DNA from: Candidatus Saccharimonadales bacterium
GTDB lineage: Bacteria; Patescibacteriota; Saccharimonadia; QS-5-54-17
Length of the DNA stretch: 64,000 bases
Direction: 5' to 3'
Assembly: GCA_040903985.1 (NCBI GenBank)
Contig: JBBDUI010000002.1
Location: 671,469 to 735,468, forward strand
Part shown: in pieces, positions 39,998 through 48,720 of the stretch
How positions within the stretch are numbered: the stretch's first letter is position 1
Layout: every line of letters begins with the position of its first letter
Notes under the pieces: model-generated
The model's input: the letters and a program-made list of their open reading frames with translations, nothing else
What the model was told of the DNA's origin: nothing
The model's database searches: none
Program-made: the position numbers and the translations under genes

Positions 39998-40804
39998 ATG
40001 TATGCTGGCTTTATCACGTCCAAATATACCGCTGATTGGTTAGGCGCCCATCAAAAGTTTAACAAGATGGCCTACCGTAAGGTTGTGCCCCATATCGAGC
40101 TGGCTAAATTTCCACCGTTAGATAAGATTCAACATTTCGAGGGCTATAACGGTCCGGACGGTATTAAAGTTAAAGCGTTACACCGGCACGAAGACCCTAG
40201 TCACTTCTACGATCCGACGCAAGAGTCCGGCCCAATAGTGGAGCACATTGATAATCACTACCACTCCTTAGTCAAGGCACTGAAAAGTGGGGCCGTAACC
40301 AGGGCGGCTTTTGAGTCTGCTTGGCTGGCACATGCCGTCGTAGATGGTCTCACTCCGGCCCATCATTATCCCTATGAGGAAGAGCTCCATGTGATGTATG
40401 CCGCCGGAAAACAGGAGTTTAGTAAGCGTAGACATAAGGTAGTTATTCAAGGTGACAACCGCCGCCAGGCCATGCGTAATAACTGGCAGATGTGGGGGAG
40501 CAAGGGTTTACTCTCAACTCACCTGCACTTTGAAGCTGGCGTAGCGGCGGCGGTTTTAACCGGTAAGTTTCCGGAGGCGATTAACCCCATGAAACTAAAA
40601 CAGGCGCGGTTGCAGGGTCCACTCGCTTTCTTTAAGGGTGAAGCTGCAGCTATCCATCGCTTGAAGCTTTACGATAAGTTCTATAGGACCAGCTGGACGA
40701 TCGGCTTGGCTCGGCTGGTGCGGCATCAGTTAGCCCCAGCCATTATTCAGACAGTAGCTATCGAGTGGATACTGGCGGCTGAAGAGGCCGGGATCGGTAA
40801 GTAG
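39998..40804 (+). CDS. hypothetical protein, possibly a zinc-dependent S1/P1-nuclease or phospholipase-C-like fold
   Basis: An N-terminal W-x-G-x-H motif (DWLGAH) and multiple conserved His/Asp. This is a weak assignment. Confidence 0.4.
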   Translation: MYAGFITSKYTADWLGAHQKFNKMAYRKVVPHIELAKFPPLDKIQHFEGYNGPDGIKVKALHRHEDPSHFYDPTQESGPIVEHIDNHYHSLVKALKSGAVTRAAFESAWLAHAVVDGLTPAHHYPYEEELHVMYAAGKQEFSKRRHKVVIQGDNRRQAMRNNWQMWGSKGLLSTHLHFEAGVAAAVLTGKFPEAINPMKLKQARLQGPLAFFKGEAAAIHRLKLYDKFYRTSWTIGLARLVRHQLAPAIIQTVAIEWILAAEEAGIGK

Positions 40805-41319
40805 TGCGGATCATCGGTGGACAATACGGCGGTTACAAGATTCAGGGTCCGAAGACCGCTGCTACGCGGCCCATCTCGGATCGAGCTAAGGAATCACTGT
40901 TTAATATGCTAGGAGATATAGCAGGGCTCAGTTTTGTCGACGCCTATGCCGGCAGCGGTAGTGTGGGTCTGGAGGCTATCAGCCGTGCTGCCGAACCAGT
41001 GGTAGCGGTTGAGAGCGGTCGAGAAGCAGTTGCAACTATTCAGGTTAACGCCCAGCACCTGGGAGTGGCTAACCAGCTAGAGGTGCGGCAACTTGCAGTT
41101 GAGTCTTGGCTAGCGGCTGACGCGCGACGGTTTGATATCGTCTTTGCCGATCCTCCCTTTCAGGCGGTCGATGAGGTGGTGTTGCTGCGACTAGCAGAAC
41201 GGGCAGAGCAACTATTTATTTATAAGCATGCCCGTCGTACTCGACCTATCGATATCCCCGAGCGTGAGTTAGTGCGTAGTCGCCGATACGGTGATAGTGT
41301 ACTCTCCTTCTACCGCTAA
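40804..41319 (+). CDS. rsmD: 16S rRNA (guanine966-N2)-methyltransferase RsmD
   Basis: N-terminus RIIGG.(Y)KG, SAM-binding DAYAGSGSVGLEA and the DPPF motif. Confidence 0.85.
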   Translation: MRIIGGQYGGYKIQGPKTAATRPISDRAKESLFNMLGDIAGLSFVDAYAGSGSVGLEAISRAAEPVVAVESGREAVATIQVNAQHLGVANQLEVRQLAVESWLAADARRFDIVFADPPFQAVDEVVLLRLAERAEQLFIYKHARRTRPIDIPERELVRSRRYGDSVLSFYR

Positions 41320-41460
41320 AGAAGTGATCGGGTATCAAGCTTCAGTTATGATTTACTCCCCAGCGTTGGTAAAATATTGGCTAGGTAGTAGAATACAGGT
41401 TGCAACTTAACTTTAAAGCAGTTCTCAATTAAGACACTGCACAGAAACTATCCAGCTGAT

Positions 41461-41547
41461 GCCGCGGTGGCGGAATTGGTAGACGCGCTAGGTTTAGGAC
41501 CTAGTGAGGTTACACTCGTGAGAGTTCGAGTCTCTCCCGCGGCACCA
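41461..41547 (+). tRNA. tRNA-Leu (anticodon TAG) with a long variable arm and encoded CCA
   Basis: The acceptor stems gccgcgg and ccgcggc pair. The D-arm GGTAGA, the anticodon loop ttTAGga and the T-arm GGTTCGAGTCT are present. A 19-nt variable stem-loop and a 3' CCA are present. Confidence 0.9.
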
Positions 41548-41612
41548 TCTGGATGGCCAATCGATGCCAGCGAAAATTCCTTACCATAGGCTCATCTGGT
41601 AATATAGAGGCA

Positions 41613-42893
41613 ATGACAGCTATATCTACTCAAAATTATAAGGGCGCCCGGGACTTTTATCCGGAAGAGATGCGCCTGCAGCACTATATTTTCACCACCT
41701 GGCGTCGGGTTAGTGAGCGCTACGGTTATGCTGAAGTGATGGCTCCGATCTTAGAGTTTACCGATCTCTATCGGGCCAAGACCGGAGAGGAGATTGTGAG
41801 TGAGCAGACTTACAGTTTTAAGGACCGGGGCGGCCGTGATGTGACGATTCGGCCCGAGATGACACCTTCAGTGGCTCGCATGGTGGCGGCCCGACAGCAG
41901 GAACTTAGCTTCCCGCTCCGTTGGTACTCAATTCCGAATCTGTGGCGTTACGAACGCCCTCAGCACGGTCGGCTCCGTGAACACTGGCAGTTGAACGCCG
42001 ATATCTTTGGATTAGATGATACGTCTGCTGAACTAGAGATAATTAGCCTAGCCCATGCTCTGTTGCTAGAGTTTGGAGCGACTGAGGATATGTTTTCGAT
42101 TAAGCTGAACAGCCGGGAACTGATGAGCTATATCTTAGGTGAGTACCTCTCTCTGCAGGTAGACGCAGCTCATCGGGTCGGTAAACTGCTCGATCGGAAG
42201 AGCAAAATGAGTGATGAGGCTTTTATCAATCAGGCCGATGCCATACTAGGTGCAAAGCTGGAACTATTTCTAGATTTAATTCAATCCAGCAAGCTACACG
42301 ACCTACCGGATGAGGTGCGTAACAGTCAGGCAGCTACTGAGCTGGCTGAACTGGCCCGGGCCCTACACCGTCGCGGAGTGAGCAACATTAGCTTTGATCT
42401 CACTATTCAGCGCGGTTTTGATTACTATACCGGGATCGTATTCGAGATATTCGACACCAGTCCAGAGAACCAGCGCTCACTTTTTGGTGGCGGTCGCTAC
42501 GATGATTTACTACAGATCTTTAAATCACCACGCGTTCCTGCCGTCGGTTTCGGGGTGGGTGATGTGACAATGGCTGATTTCCTGCAAGTGCATCAGCTAG
42601 TGCCTCAGCTTGATTCGGCTACAAAGGTAGCGATCGTTGCTCTAGAGCCGGAGCATAATGAGGATGCACTGGTTCTTGCTGATCAACTGCGTCAGGCGCA
42701 GATCGCGGTGGCAGTCGATACGACTGAACGCAAAGTGGGGACTAAGATTAAAGTGGCCGATAAGCAGGCAATTCCCTATGTGCTAGTGCTGGGTCCAGAG
42801 GAAGTGGCTAATCAGCGTTATAGTTTGAAAGAACTTAAGACAGGTGATGAGTTTAACGGTAGTTTAGAGCAGGTAATTGCCCGACTAAGTTAA
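41613..42893 (+). CDS. hisS: histidyl-tRNA synthetase
   Basis: The start was chosen at MTAISTQNYKGARDFYPEEM with an AGAGG RBS. Class II motifs and a HisRS anticodon-binding C-terminus are present. Confidence 0.9.
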   Translation: MTAISTQNYKGARDFYPEEMRLQHYIFTTWRRVSERYGYAEVMAPILEFTDLYRAKTGEEIVSEQTYSFKDRGGRDVTIRPEMTPSVARMVAARQQELSFPLRWYSIPNLWRYERPQHGRLREHWQLNADIFGLDDTSAELEIISLAHALLLEFGATEDMFSIKLNSRELMSYILGEYLSLQVDAAHRVGKLLDRKSKMSDEAFINQADAILGAKLELFLDLIQSSKLHDLPDEVRNSQAATELAELARALHRRGVSNISFDLTIQRGFDYYTGIVFEIFDTSPENQRSLFGGGRYDDLLQIFKSPRVPAVGFGVGDVTMADFLQVHQLVPQLDSATKVAIVALEPEHNEDALVLADQLRQAQIAVAVDTTERKVGTKIKVADKQAIPYVLVLGPEEVANQRYSLKELKTGDEFNGSLEQVIARLS

Positions 42894-42914
42894 GGTATGT
42901 TAGAGTAAGCAACT

Positions 42915-44237
42915 GTGAATGTTAAAGTAAATCGCACCAAAGACGAAGTTGTCATTAATATTACCGCTAACACCGATGAGTTAGCTCCGACGGTTAAATC
43001 TACCTTTAACCGACTCCGCGGCAGTGTTTCTGCTAAAGGATTTCGCCCGGGCAAGGCCCCAAATAACATCATCGAACGCGAGCTAGGCGCCGAACAGGTT
43101 CAGGCCGAAGTAATCGATGCTGCAGCGGAGAAGTTTTACCGTCAGGCTTTGGTCGAACACGATATCCGTCCCATTGCTAATCCGCATGTCGATGTGAAAA
43201 AATTTGTTCCCTACACCGAACTGGAGCTGGAAGTAAAAGTAGCTGTCATGCCTGAGGTTAAGCTAGGTGATTATAAGAGTATTTCGAAGAAACCGCCCGA
43301 GGCCGAGGTGAGTAGCGTCGAGGTTGACGAAGTTGTAACTACCATTCGCGATCGATTGGCCGAACGTCAAGAAGTCGAGCGGGCCGCCCGCGAGGGCGAT
43401 GAGGTCGTAATTGACTTTCATGGTCGTAAGGACGGAGCCGATGTAGCCGGGGCTCAGGCTCAGGATTACCCCTTGCTGCTAGGTAGTAATCGTTTTATAC
43501 CGGGTTTTGAGACCGAATTAGTTGGGCTTAAATCGGGTGAAGAGAAAGTGTTTAAGATTAAGTTTCCGGTCGAATACGGTGAAGCTTCATTAGCGGGTCA
43601 GGAAGTCGAGTTCAGTATTAAGCTACATAAGGTAACTGAACTCATAGCGCCAGAAGTTAATGACGAGCTAGCTAAAAATGCCGGTCCGTTTGAGAGCTTA
43701 GCGCAGCTTCGTGACGATGTAACTGCTCACTTGAAGAGTGAGAAGGAGCAAGGGTTGCAACGAGAGTTTGAGAACACAGTGATTGAGGCCGTGGTTGAAT
43801 CAGCCAAAGTCGAGTTACCTCAGAGCATGTTGGCTGCTGAACGCGAACGCATCGCCGCCGATTTCGACCGTAGCCTTACCGAGCAAGGTCTAACTGAGGA
43901 TGAGTACCTCAAGCAAACCAAACAGACTGAGAAGCAACATCAGTCTGCTTTGGATGAGCAAGCCGAGCGGCGGGTTAAGACTGCCCTAGTACTAACTACT
44001 GTAGCTGATGCTGAAGCTATCGAGATCACCCCGGAAGAGTTGGAGATCAGATTGCAAGTGTTAGCCGGTCAGTATCAAGACGAGAAAGTTCAAGCCGAGC
44101 TACAGAAGCCGGAAGTCCGTCGTGAGATTGCTAACCAGATGCTAGCCGAGAAGACGGTAGCTAAGCTAGTAGAATATGCTACCGGCGTACCCGAGTCTGA
44201 CCAAGCGGATAAATCTACCTCGCCTAAGACCAAGTAG
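42915..44237 (+). CDS. tig: trigger factor
   Basis: GTG start. N-terminal ribosome-binding domain with the GFRPGKAP motif, an FKBP-like middle and a C-terminal arm. Confidence 0.9.
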   Translation: MNVKVNRTKDEVVINITANTDELAPTVKSTFNRLRGSVSAKGFRPGKAPNNIIERELGAEQVQAEVIDAAAEKFYRQALVEHDIRPIANPHVDVKKFVPYTELELEVKVAVMPEVKLGDYKSISKKPPEAEVSSVEVDEVVTTIRDRLAERQEVERAAREGDEVVIDFHGRKDGADVAGAQAQDYPLLLGSNRFIPGFETELVGLKSGEEKVFKIKFPVEYGEASLAGQEVEFSIKLHKVTELIAPEVNDELAKNAGPFESLAQLRDDVTAHLKSEKEQGLQREFENTVIEAVVESAKVELPQSMLAAERERIAADFDRSLTEQGLTEDEYLKQTKQTEKQHQSALDEQAERRVKTALVLTTVADAEAIEITPEELEIRLQVLAGQYQDEKVQAELQKPEVRREIANQMLAEKTVAKLVEYATGVPESDQADKSTSPKTK

Positions 44238-44256
44238 AGGTAAGGAGTGGGTAGTT

Positions 44257-44283
44257 TTAGCACTCTTGACTCTGGAGTGCTAA
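44257..44283 (+). promoter_or_regulatory. perfect CIRCE element (HrcA operator) overlapping the -35 of the clpP promoter
   Basis: TTAGCACTC-ttgactctg-GAGTGCTAA equals the CIRCE consensus. TTGACT lies inside it and TACAAT lies 18 nt downstream. Confidence 0.75.
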
Positions 44284-44302
44284 GGTAGCTACAATTAATA
44301 CT

Positions 44303-44896
44303 ATGATTATGCCCACTAACCAGATTCTAATACCCACAGTGCTAGAGAAAACGCACAACGGCGAGCGAGCCTATGATATTTACTCGCGCCTACTAAAAGA
44401 CAGCATCATCTTTCTTGGTACTGCAATCGATGATCATGTCGCTAACCTAGTGGTAGCGCAACTGCTGCACTTATCTCATGAGAACCCGAAGAAAGACATT
44501 AAGCTTTATATTAACAGCCCGGGCGGTAGCGTCAGTGCTGGGATGGCGATTTACGACACGATGCAGTTTATTAAACCGGCCGTATCTACTATTAACGTCG
44601 GTATGGCGGCTAGTATGGCGGCGATTTTGCTAGCTGGTGGTGCGCGTGGTAAGCGCTTAGCTTTACCACACTCGCGGGTGATGATTCACCAACCTTCACA
44701 TGGTTTCGAAGGCACAGCTTCCGATATAGAGATCAGCGCTCGGGAGACTATCCGCATTAAGGAAGAGCTGATTAAGCTGTTTGCTAAGGATACTAAAAAG
44801 ACAGTAAAGACCGTTGAGCGCGATATGGATCGTGACAAATGGATGACAGCCGATGAAGCGCTTAAGTACGGGGCTATCGACACGATCATTAAATAA
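44303..44896 (+). CDS. clpP: ATP-dependent Clp protease proteolytic subunit
   Basis: The sequence [22 protein letters not shown]...[19 protein letters not shown] contains the Ser/His/Asp triad context. Confidence 0.95.
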   Translation: MIMPTNQILIPTVLEKTHNGERAYDIYSRLLKDSIIFLGTAIDDHVANLVVAQLLHLSHENPKKDIKLYINSPGGSVSAGMAIYDTMQFIKPAVSTINVGMAASMAAILLAGGARGKRLALPHSRVMIHQPSHGFEGTASDIEISARETIRIKEELIKLFAKDTKKTVKTVERDMDRDKWMTADEALKYGAIDTIIK

Positions 44897-45020
44897 CTTA
44901 GGAATGAAAGCGAAACAGCACCGATTTTGAGTGGCAGAATCAGATAGCTTAAGCTTTAAGATTAGTCCCAGTAGCTCGTATTTGCTGTCGACCGCGGCCT
45001 TAATTTAGGTGGTATGGGGG

Positions 45021-45049
45021 TTGACTCTTTGACGCTGAGCCGTGATAAT
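45021..45049 (+). promoter_or_regulatory. sigma70-like promoter upstream of rpoB (TTGACT-17-GATAAT), with a leader of about 150 nt
   Basis: Near-consensus -35 and -10 elements with a 17-nt spacer, in the 308-bp clpP-rpoB gap. Confidence 0.5.
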
Positions 45050-45204
45050 GGGATTAAATGAGGCAGAATAAGCGTTTATTCCTGCATGTAGCCGGGCCTT
45101 AGTAGTTCCTCAAGAAAACGTTCAACCATACCCAAAAAAATAAGCACTATTGCTTTATGGATTGGGAAATCAACCTAAGGATTATATAAGGAGTAGCTCT
45201 GTCT

Positions 45205-48200
45205 ATGAGTGCAAATGCCAATCGTGTCTCATTCTCGAACCAAACGCCGCTAATCGAACTGCCGAATCTACTGGAGAGTCAACACCGTTCATTCCAGTGG
45301 TTCCTTGAAGAGGGTCTGAGCGAGCTCTTTACTGAAATCAATCCTATCGATGATTACACCGGTACTAAACTGGAACTATCTTTCAAGGGTCACCGTTTTG
45401 ATGACCCGAAGGTCACAGAAGCCGAAGCTAAGGAAAACAACATCTCCTATGACGCCCCTCTGTATGCAACGGTTGAGTTGATTAACAAGGTCACCGGCGA
45501 GGTCAAGGAACAGGAGATCTACTTGGGTGACTATCCGATGATGACCGAACGGGCCACGTTTATCATTAACGGTTCTGAACGAGCGGTAGTCTCTCAACTA
45601 ATTCGCAGTCCGGGCGTAATCTTTACGGCCGACCGTGGCGGTGACCGTAATCTATATGGAGCTAAGGTCAACCCGGCTCGCGGTGCCTGGCTAGAATTTG
45701 AGACTTCGGCTAACGGTGAGATCTTCGTAAAGATTGACCGTCGGCGTAAATTACCTGCCACTACGCTTCTACGGGCACTAGGCATGAGTACTAATAAGCA
45801 GATTGAGGCAGCCTTTGCCGAGGTCGAGGCGAATGATGTCGATTACATCAAGAACACTATCGCTAAAGATACTGCTAAAAATACTTCCGACGCCTTAATT
45901 GAGGTCTACCGTCGCCTCCGCCCGGGCGATTTAGCAACTGTTGAGAACGCTAAAAGCCTGATTGATAACACCTTTTTCGACTATAAGCGTTTCGATTTTT
46001 CTAAAGTCGGCCGCTACAAACTTAACCGTCGGCTAGGAATGGACGTGCCGAACGATACTGCGCACCGTGTGATGCGGGTCGAGGATGTCGCTGCTGTAAT
46101 GAAAGAAATTATTCGTCTCAATAATACTCAGGATGATCCTGATGAGATGGACTCATTTGCTAACCGCCGCCTGAAGCAGGTCGGTGAGCTGATGCAGCGG
46201 GCCTTTCGAATCGGACTACTGCGCATGGAGCGGAACGTAAAAGATCGTATGAGTGTGTACGATATCGAGGAAGTAACTGCCCAGCAGCTACTTAATGCCC
46301 GACCAGTGGTTGCTAGTGTTCGGGAGTTCTTCGCCTCTTCCCAGCTTAGTCAGTTTATGGATCAGGTAAACCCATTGGCTGAGCTAACGCATAAGCGGCG
46401 GCTTAGCGCTACCGGACCAGGTGGACTGAGTCGTGAGCGAGCCGGTTTCGAGGTTCGTGATGTACACCGAACTCATTACGGTCGAGCTTGTGTGGTGGAG
46501 ACACCAGAAGGATCGAACATTGGTTTAGTGTTGACCCTGACCTGTTACTCGCGCGTTAACGAGTATGGCTTTATAGAAACACCGTACCGACGGGTGATTA
46601 CCGAGCTCCCTCTAGAAGAGGCGATCGGTAGTGCTGTCAGGGGCGACTTAACTGACGACAAGGGCAAGATTTTGCTAAAGAACGGTACTAAGGTCGCTAA
46701 GGCAGATGTCGCCAAATTACGAACAGCTAACGTCGAAGCCGTTCCGGTCAAGCCTCGGGCAACAACCGATGTCGTTTATCTCGACGCTCAGGATGAAGAC
46801 AATACGGTTATCGCCTCTATCGGTAATGAGCTGGATGAGAATGGGTTCTTTGTTGAAGATCGTGTCGCCGTCCGACGTAACGGACGACCCGGCGAAGACG
46901 AGGTGGAGCGAGTGACTCATATGGATATTTCGGCTCAGCAGACGATCGGTATCTCAGCCGGTTTGATTCCTTTTATGGAGAAAGACAACGTAACCCGTGC
47001 CCTAACCGGTGCAAACCAGCAGCGCCAAGCTGTTCCCCTGCTTCGTCCAGAGGCTCCGATTGTCGGAACTGGCATGGAGGCCCCGGCGGCCCATAACTCC
47101 GGTCACATGATAGTGGCCGAACACAATGGTGTAGTACGCAGTGCTACCGCTCGAGAAGTCACAGTGGACTACAAAGATAAGATTCAGAAGACCTACCCGC
47201 TACAGTCATTTGTACGTAGCAACGAAGGCACCTCACTAACACACCGGGTGATCGTTGAGTCTGGACAGAAGGTAAAGCGTGGGGACGTACTGGCCGACGG
47301 AATGAGTACTGATCATGGTGAGCTAGCGCTCGGCGCTAACCTGCTGGTCGGTTTCATGCCTTGGGGCGGATACAACTTTGAGGACGCTATTATCATCTCG
47401 CGCCGGTTAGTGCAGGACGATACGTTAACCTCGATTCATATCGAAGAGTACAGCCTTGAAGTACGGGAGACTAAATTAGGACCGGAGCAGATTACTCGAG
47501 ATATTCCTAACGTTTCCGAAGAGGCCTTAGCTAACTTGGATGAGGACGGTATCATTCAGGTTGGTGCTGAAGTTCATCCTGGCGACGTACTGGTTGGAAA
47601 GATTACTCCAAAGGGTGAACAGGAGCTGTCCAGCGAAGAGAGACTCCTCAGAGCTATCTTTGGTGAGAAGGCTAAAGACGTGCGTGATTCTTCTCGCCGG
47701 ATGCCGAACGGCAAGCACGGTAAAGTGGTCGGAGTGAAGATATTTAGCCGCGAAGGTGGTCACGATCTGAAAGCCGGTATCTTACAGCAGATCCACGTTT
47801 ATGTGGCTCAGATGCGCAAGGTTTCAGTGGGAGATAAGCTCGGTGGTCGTCACGGCAACAAGGGTGTAATCGCCCGGATACTACCGGTAGAGGACATGCC
47901 TTTCATGGCCGACGGTACTCCAGTTGACATCTTGCTTAACCCACTTGGAGTGGCACAGCGAATGAACATCGGACAGATCTTTGAAACTCACTTGGGTTGG
48001 GCGGCTCAAGCCCTTGGCTATACTGTAGCTAGCGCACCATTCGATGGTGTTTCAATCGACAAGATTAAGTCAGAACTTAAGCGGGCCGGCCTACCGGAAG
48101 ACGGCAAGACCCAGCTTTTCGACGGTCGCACCGGTGAGTCCTTCAAAGAGCGCACTACTGTCGGTTACATCTACATCAACAAACTCAAGCACATGATCGA

Positions 48201-48717
48201 TGACAAGATACATGCTCGTTCGACCGGACCTTACACGATGGTTACCCAGCAACCGCTGGGCGGAAAGGCCCAAAACGGTGGTCAGCGCTTCGGTGAGATG
48301 GAGGTCTGGGCGCTGGAAGCTTACGGTGTTGCTAATATCCTCCAAGAGATGCTGACGATTAAGTCCGACGATGTGATCGGCCGCTCTAAAGCCTATGAGT
48401 CTATCATTAAGAATGAAGAGATTCACGGTCCACGTTTGCCAGAGTCATTTAATGTGCTGGTCAAAGAACTGCAGAGCTTAGGCTTAGACGTCGACCTAGT
48501 TCAGGATGACAAATTGATCGATGCCGAGGAGATGTTGGAGCGGGAGTACAAGAATGAAGACTCGACTGCGCCTATCATTAGTGATGACCCCGGCCCAACC
48601 GTGGATGTTACCGAAGATGCCGCTGCGGCTGATGAAGAAGCGGTGCTAGATGAAGAGGAAGCGAGTGAAGAGCAGGAGTCAGTGAGCGTAAGTAGCGACG
48701 ATAAGGACGAGGAGTAG
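45205..48717 (+). CDS. rpoB: DNA-directed RNA polymerase subunit beta
   Basis: 1170 aa with conserved rpoB regions throughout and an acidic C-terminal tail. Confidence 0.97.
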   Translation: MSANANRVSFSNQTPLIELPNLLESQHRSFQWFLEEGLSELFTEINPIDDYTGTKLELSFKGHRFDDPKVTEAEAKENNISYDAPLYATVELINKVTGEVKEQEIYLGDYPMMTERATFIINGSERAVVSQLIRSPGVIFTADRGGDRNLYGAKVNPARGAWLEFETSANGEIFVKIDRRRKLPATTLLRALGMSTNKQIEAAFAEVEANDVDYIKNTIAKDTAKNTSDALIEVYRRLRPGDLATVENAKSLIDNTFFDYKRFDFSKVGRYKLNRRLGMDVPNDTAHRVMRVEDVAAVMKEIIRLNNTQDDPDEMDSFANRRLKQVGELMQRAFRIGLLRMERNVKDRMSVYDIEEVTAQQLLNARPVVASVREFFASSQLSQFMDQVNPLAELTHKRRLSATGPGGLSRERAGFEVRDVHRTHYGRACVVETPEGSNIGLVLTLTCYSRVNEYGFIETPYRRVITELPLEEAIGSAVRGDLTDDKGKILLKNGTKVAKADVAKLRTANVEAVPVKPRATTDVVYLDAQDEDNTVIASIGNELDENGFFVEDRVAVRRNGRPGEDEVERVTHMDISAQQTIGISAGLIPFMEKDNVTRALTGANQQRQAVPLLRPEAPIVGTGMEAPAAHNSGHMIVAEHNGVVRSATAREVTVDYKDKIQKTYPLQSFVRSNEGTSLTHRVIVESGQKVKRGDVLADGMSTDHGELALGANLLVGFMPWGGYNFEDAIIISRRLVQDDTLTSIHIEEYSLEVRETKLGPEQITRDIPNVSEEALANLDEDGIIQVGAEVHPGDVLVGKITPKGEQELSSEERLLRAIFGEKAKDVRDSSRRMPNGKHGKVVGVKIFSREGGHDLKAGILQQIHVYVAQMRKVSVGDKLGGRHGNKGVIARILPVEDMPFMADGTPVDILLNPLGVAQRMNIGQIFETHLGWAAQALGYTVASAPFDGVSIDKIKSELKRAGLPEDGKTQLFDGRTGESFKERTTVGYIYINKLKHMIDDKIHARSTGPYTMVTQQPLGGKAQNGGQRFGEMEVWALEAYGVANILQEMLTIKSDDVIGRSKAYESIIKNEEIHGPRLPESFNVLVKELQSLGLDVDLVQDDKLIDAEEMLEREYKNEDSTAPIISDDPGPTVDVTEDAAAADEEAVLDEEEASEEQESVSVSSDDKDEE

Positions 48718-48720
48718 AAT

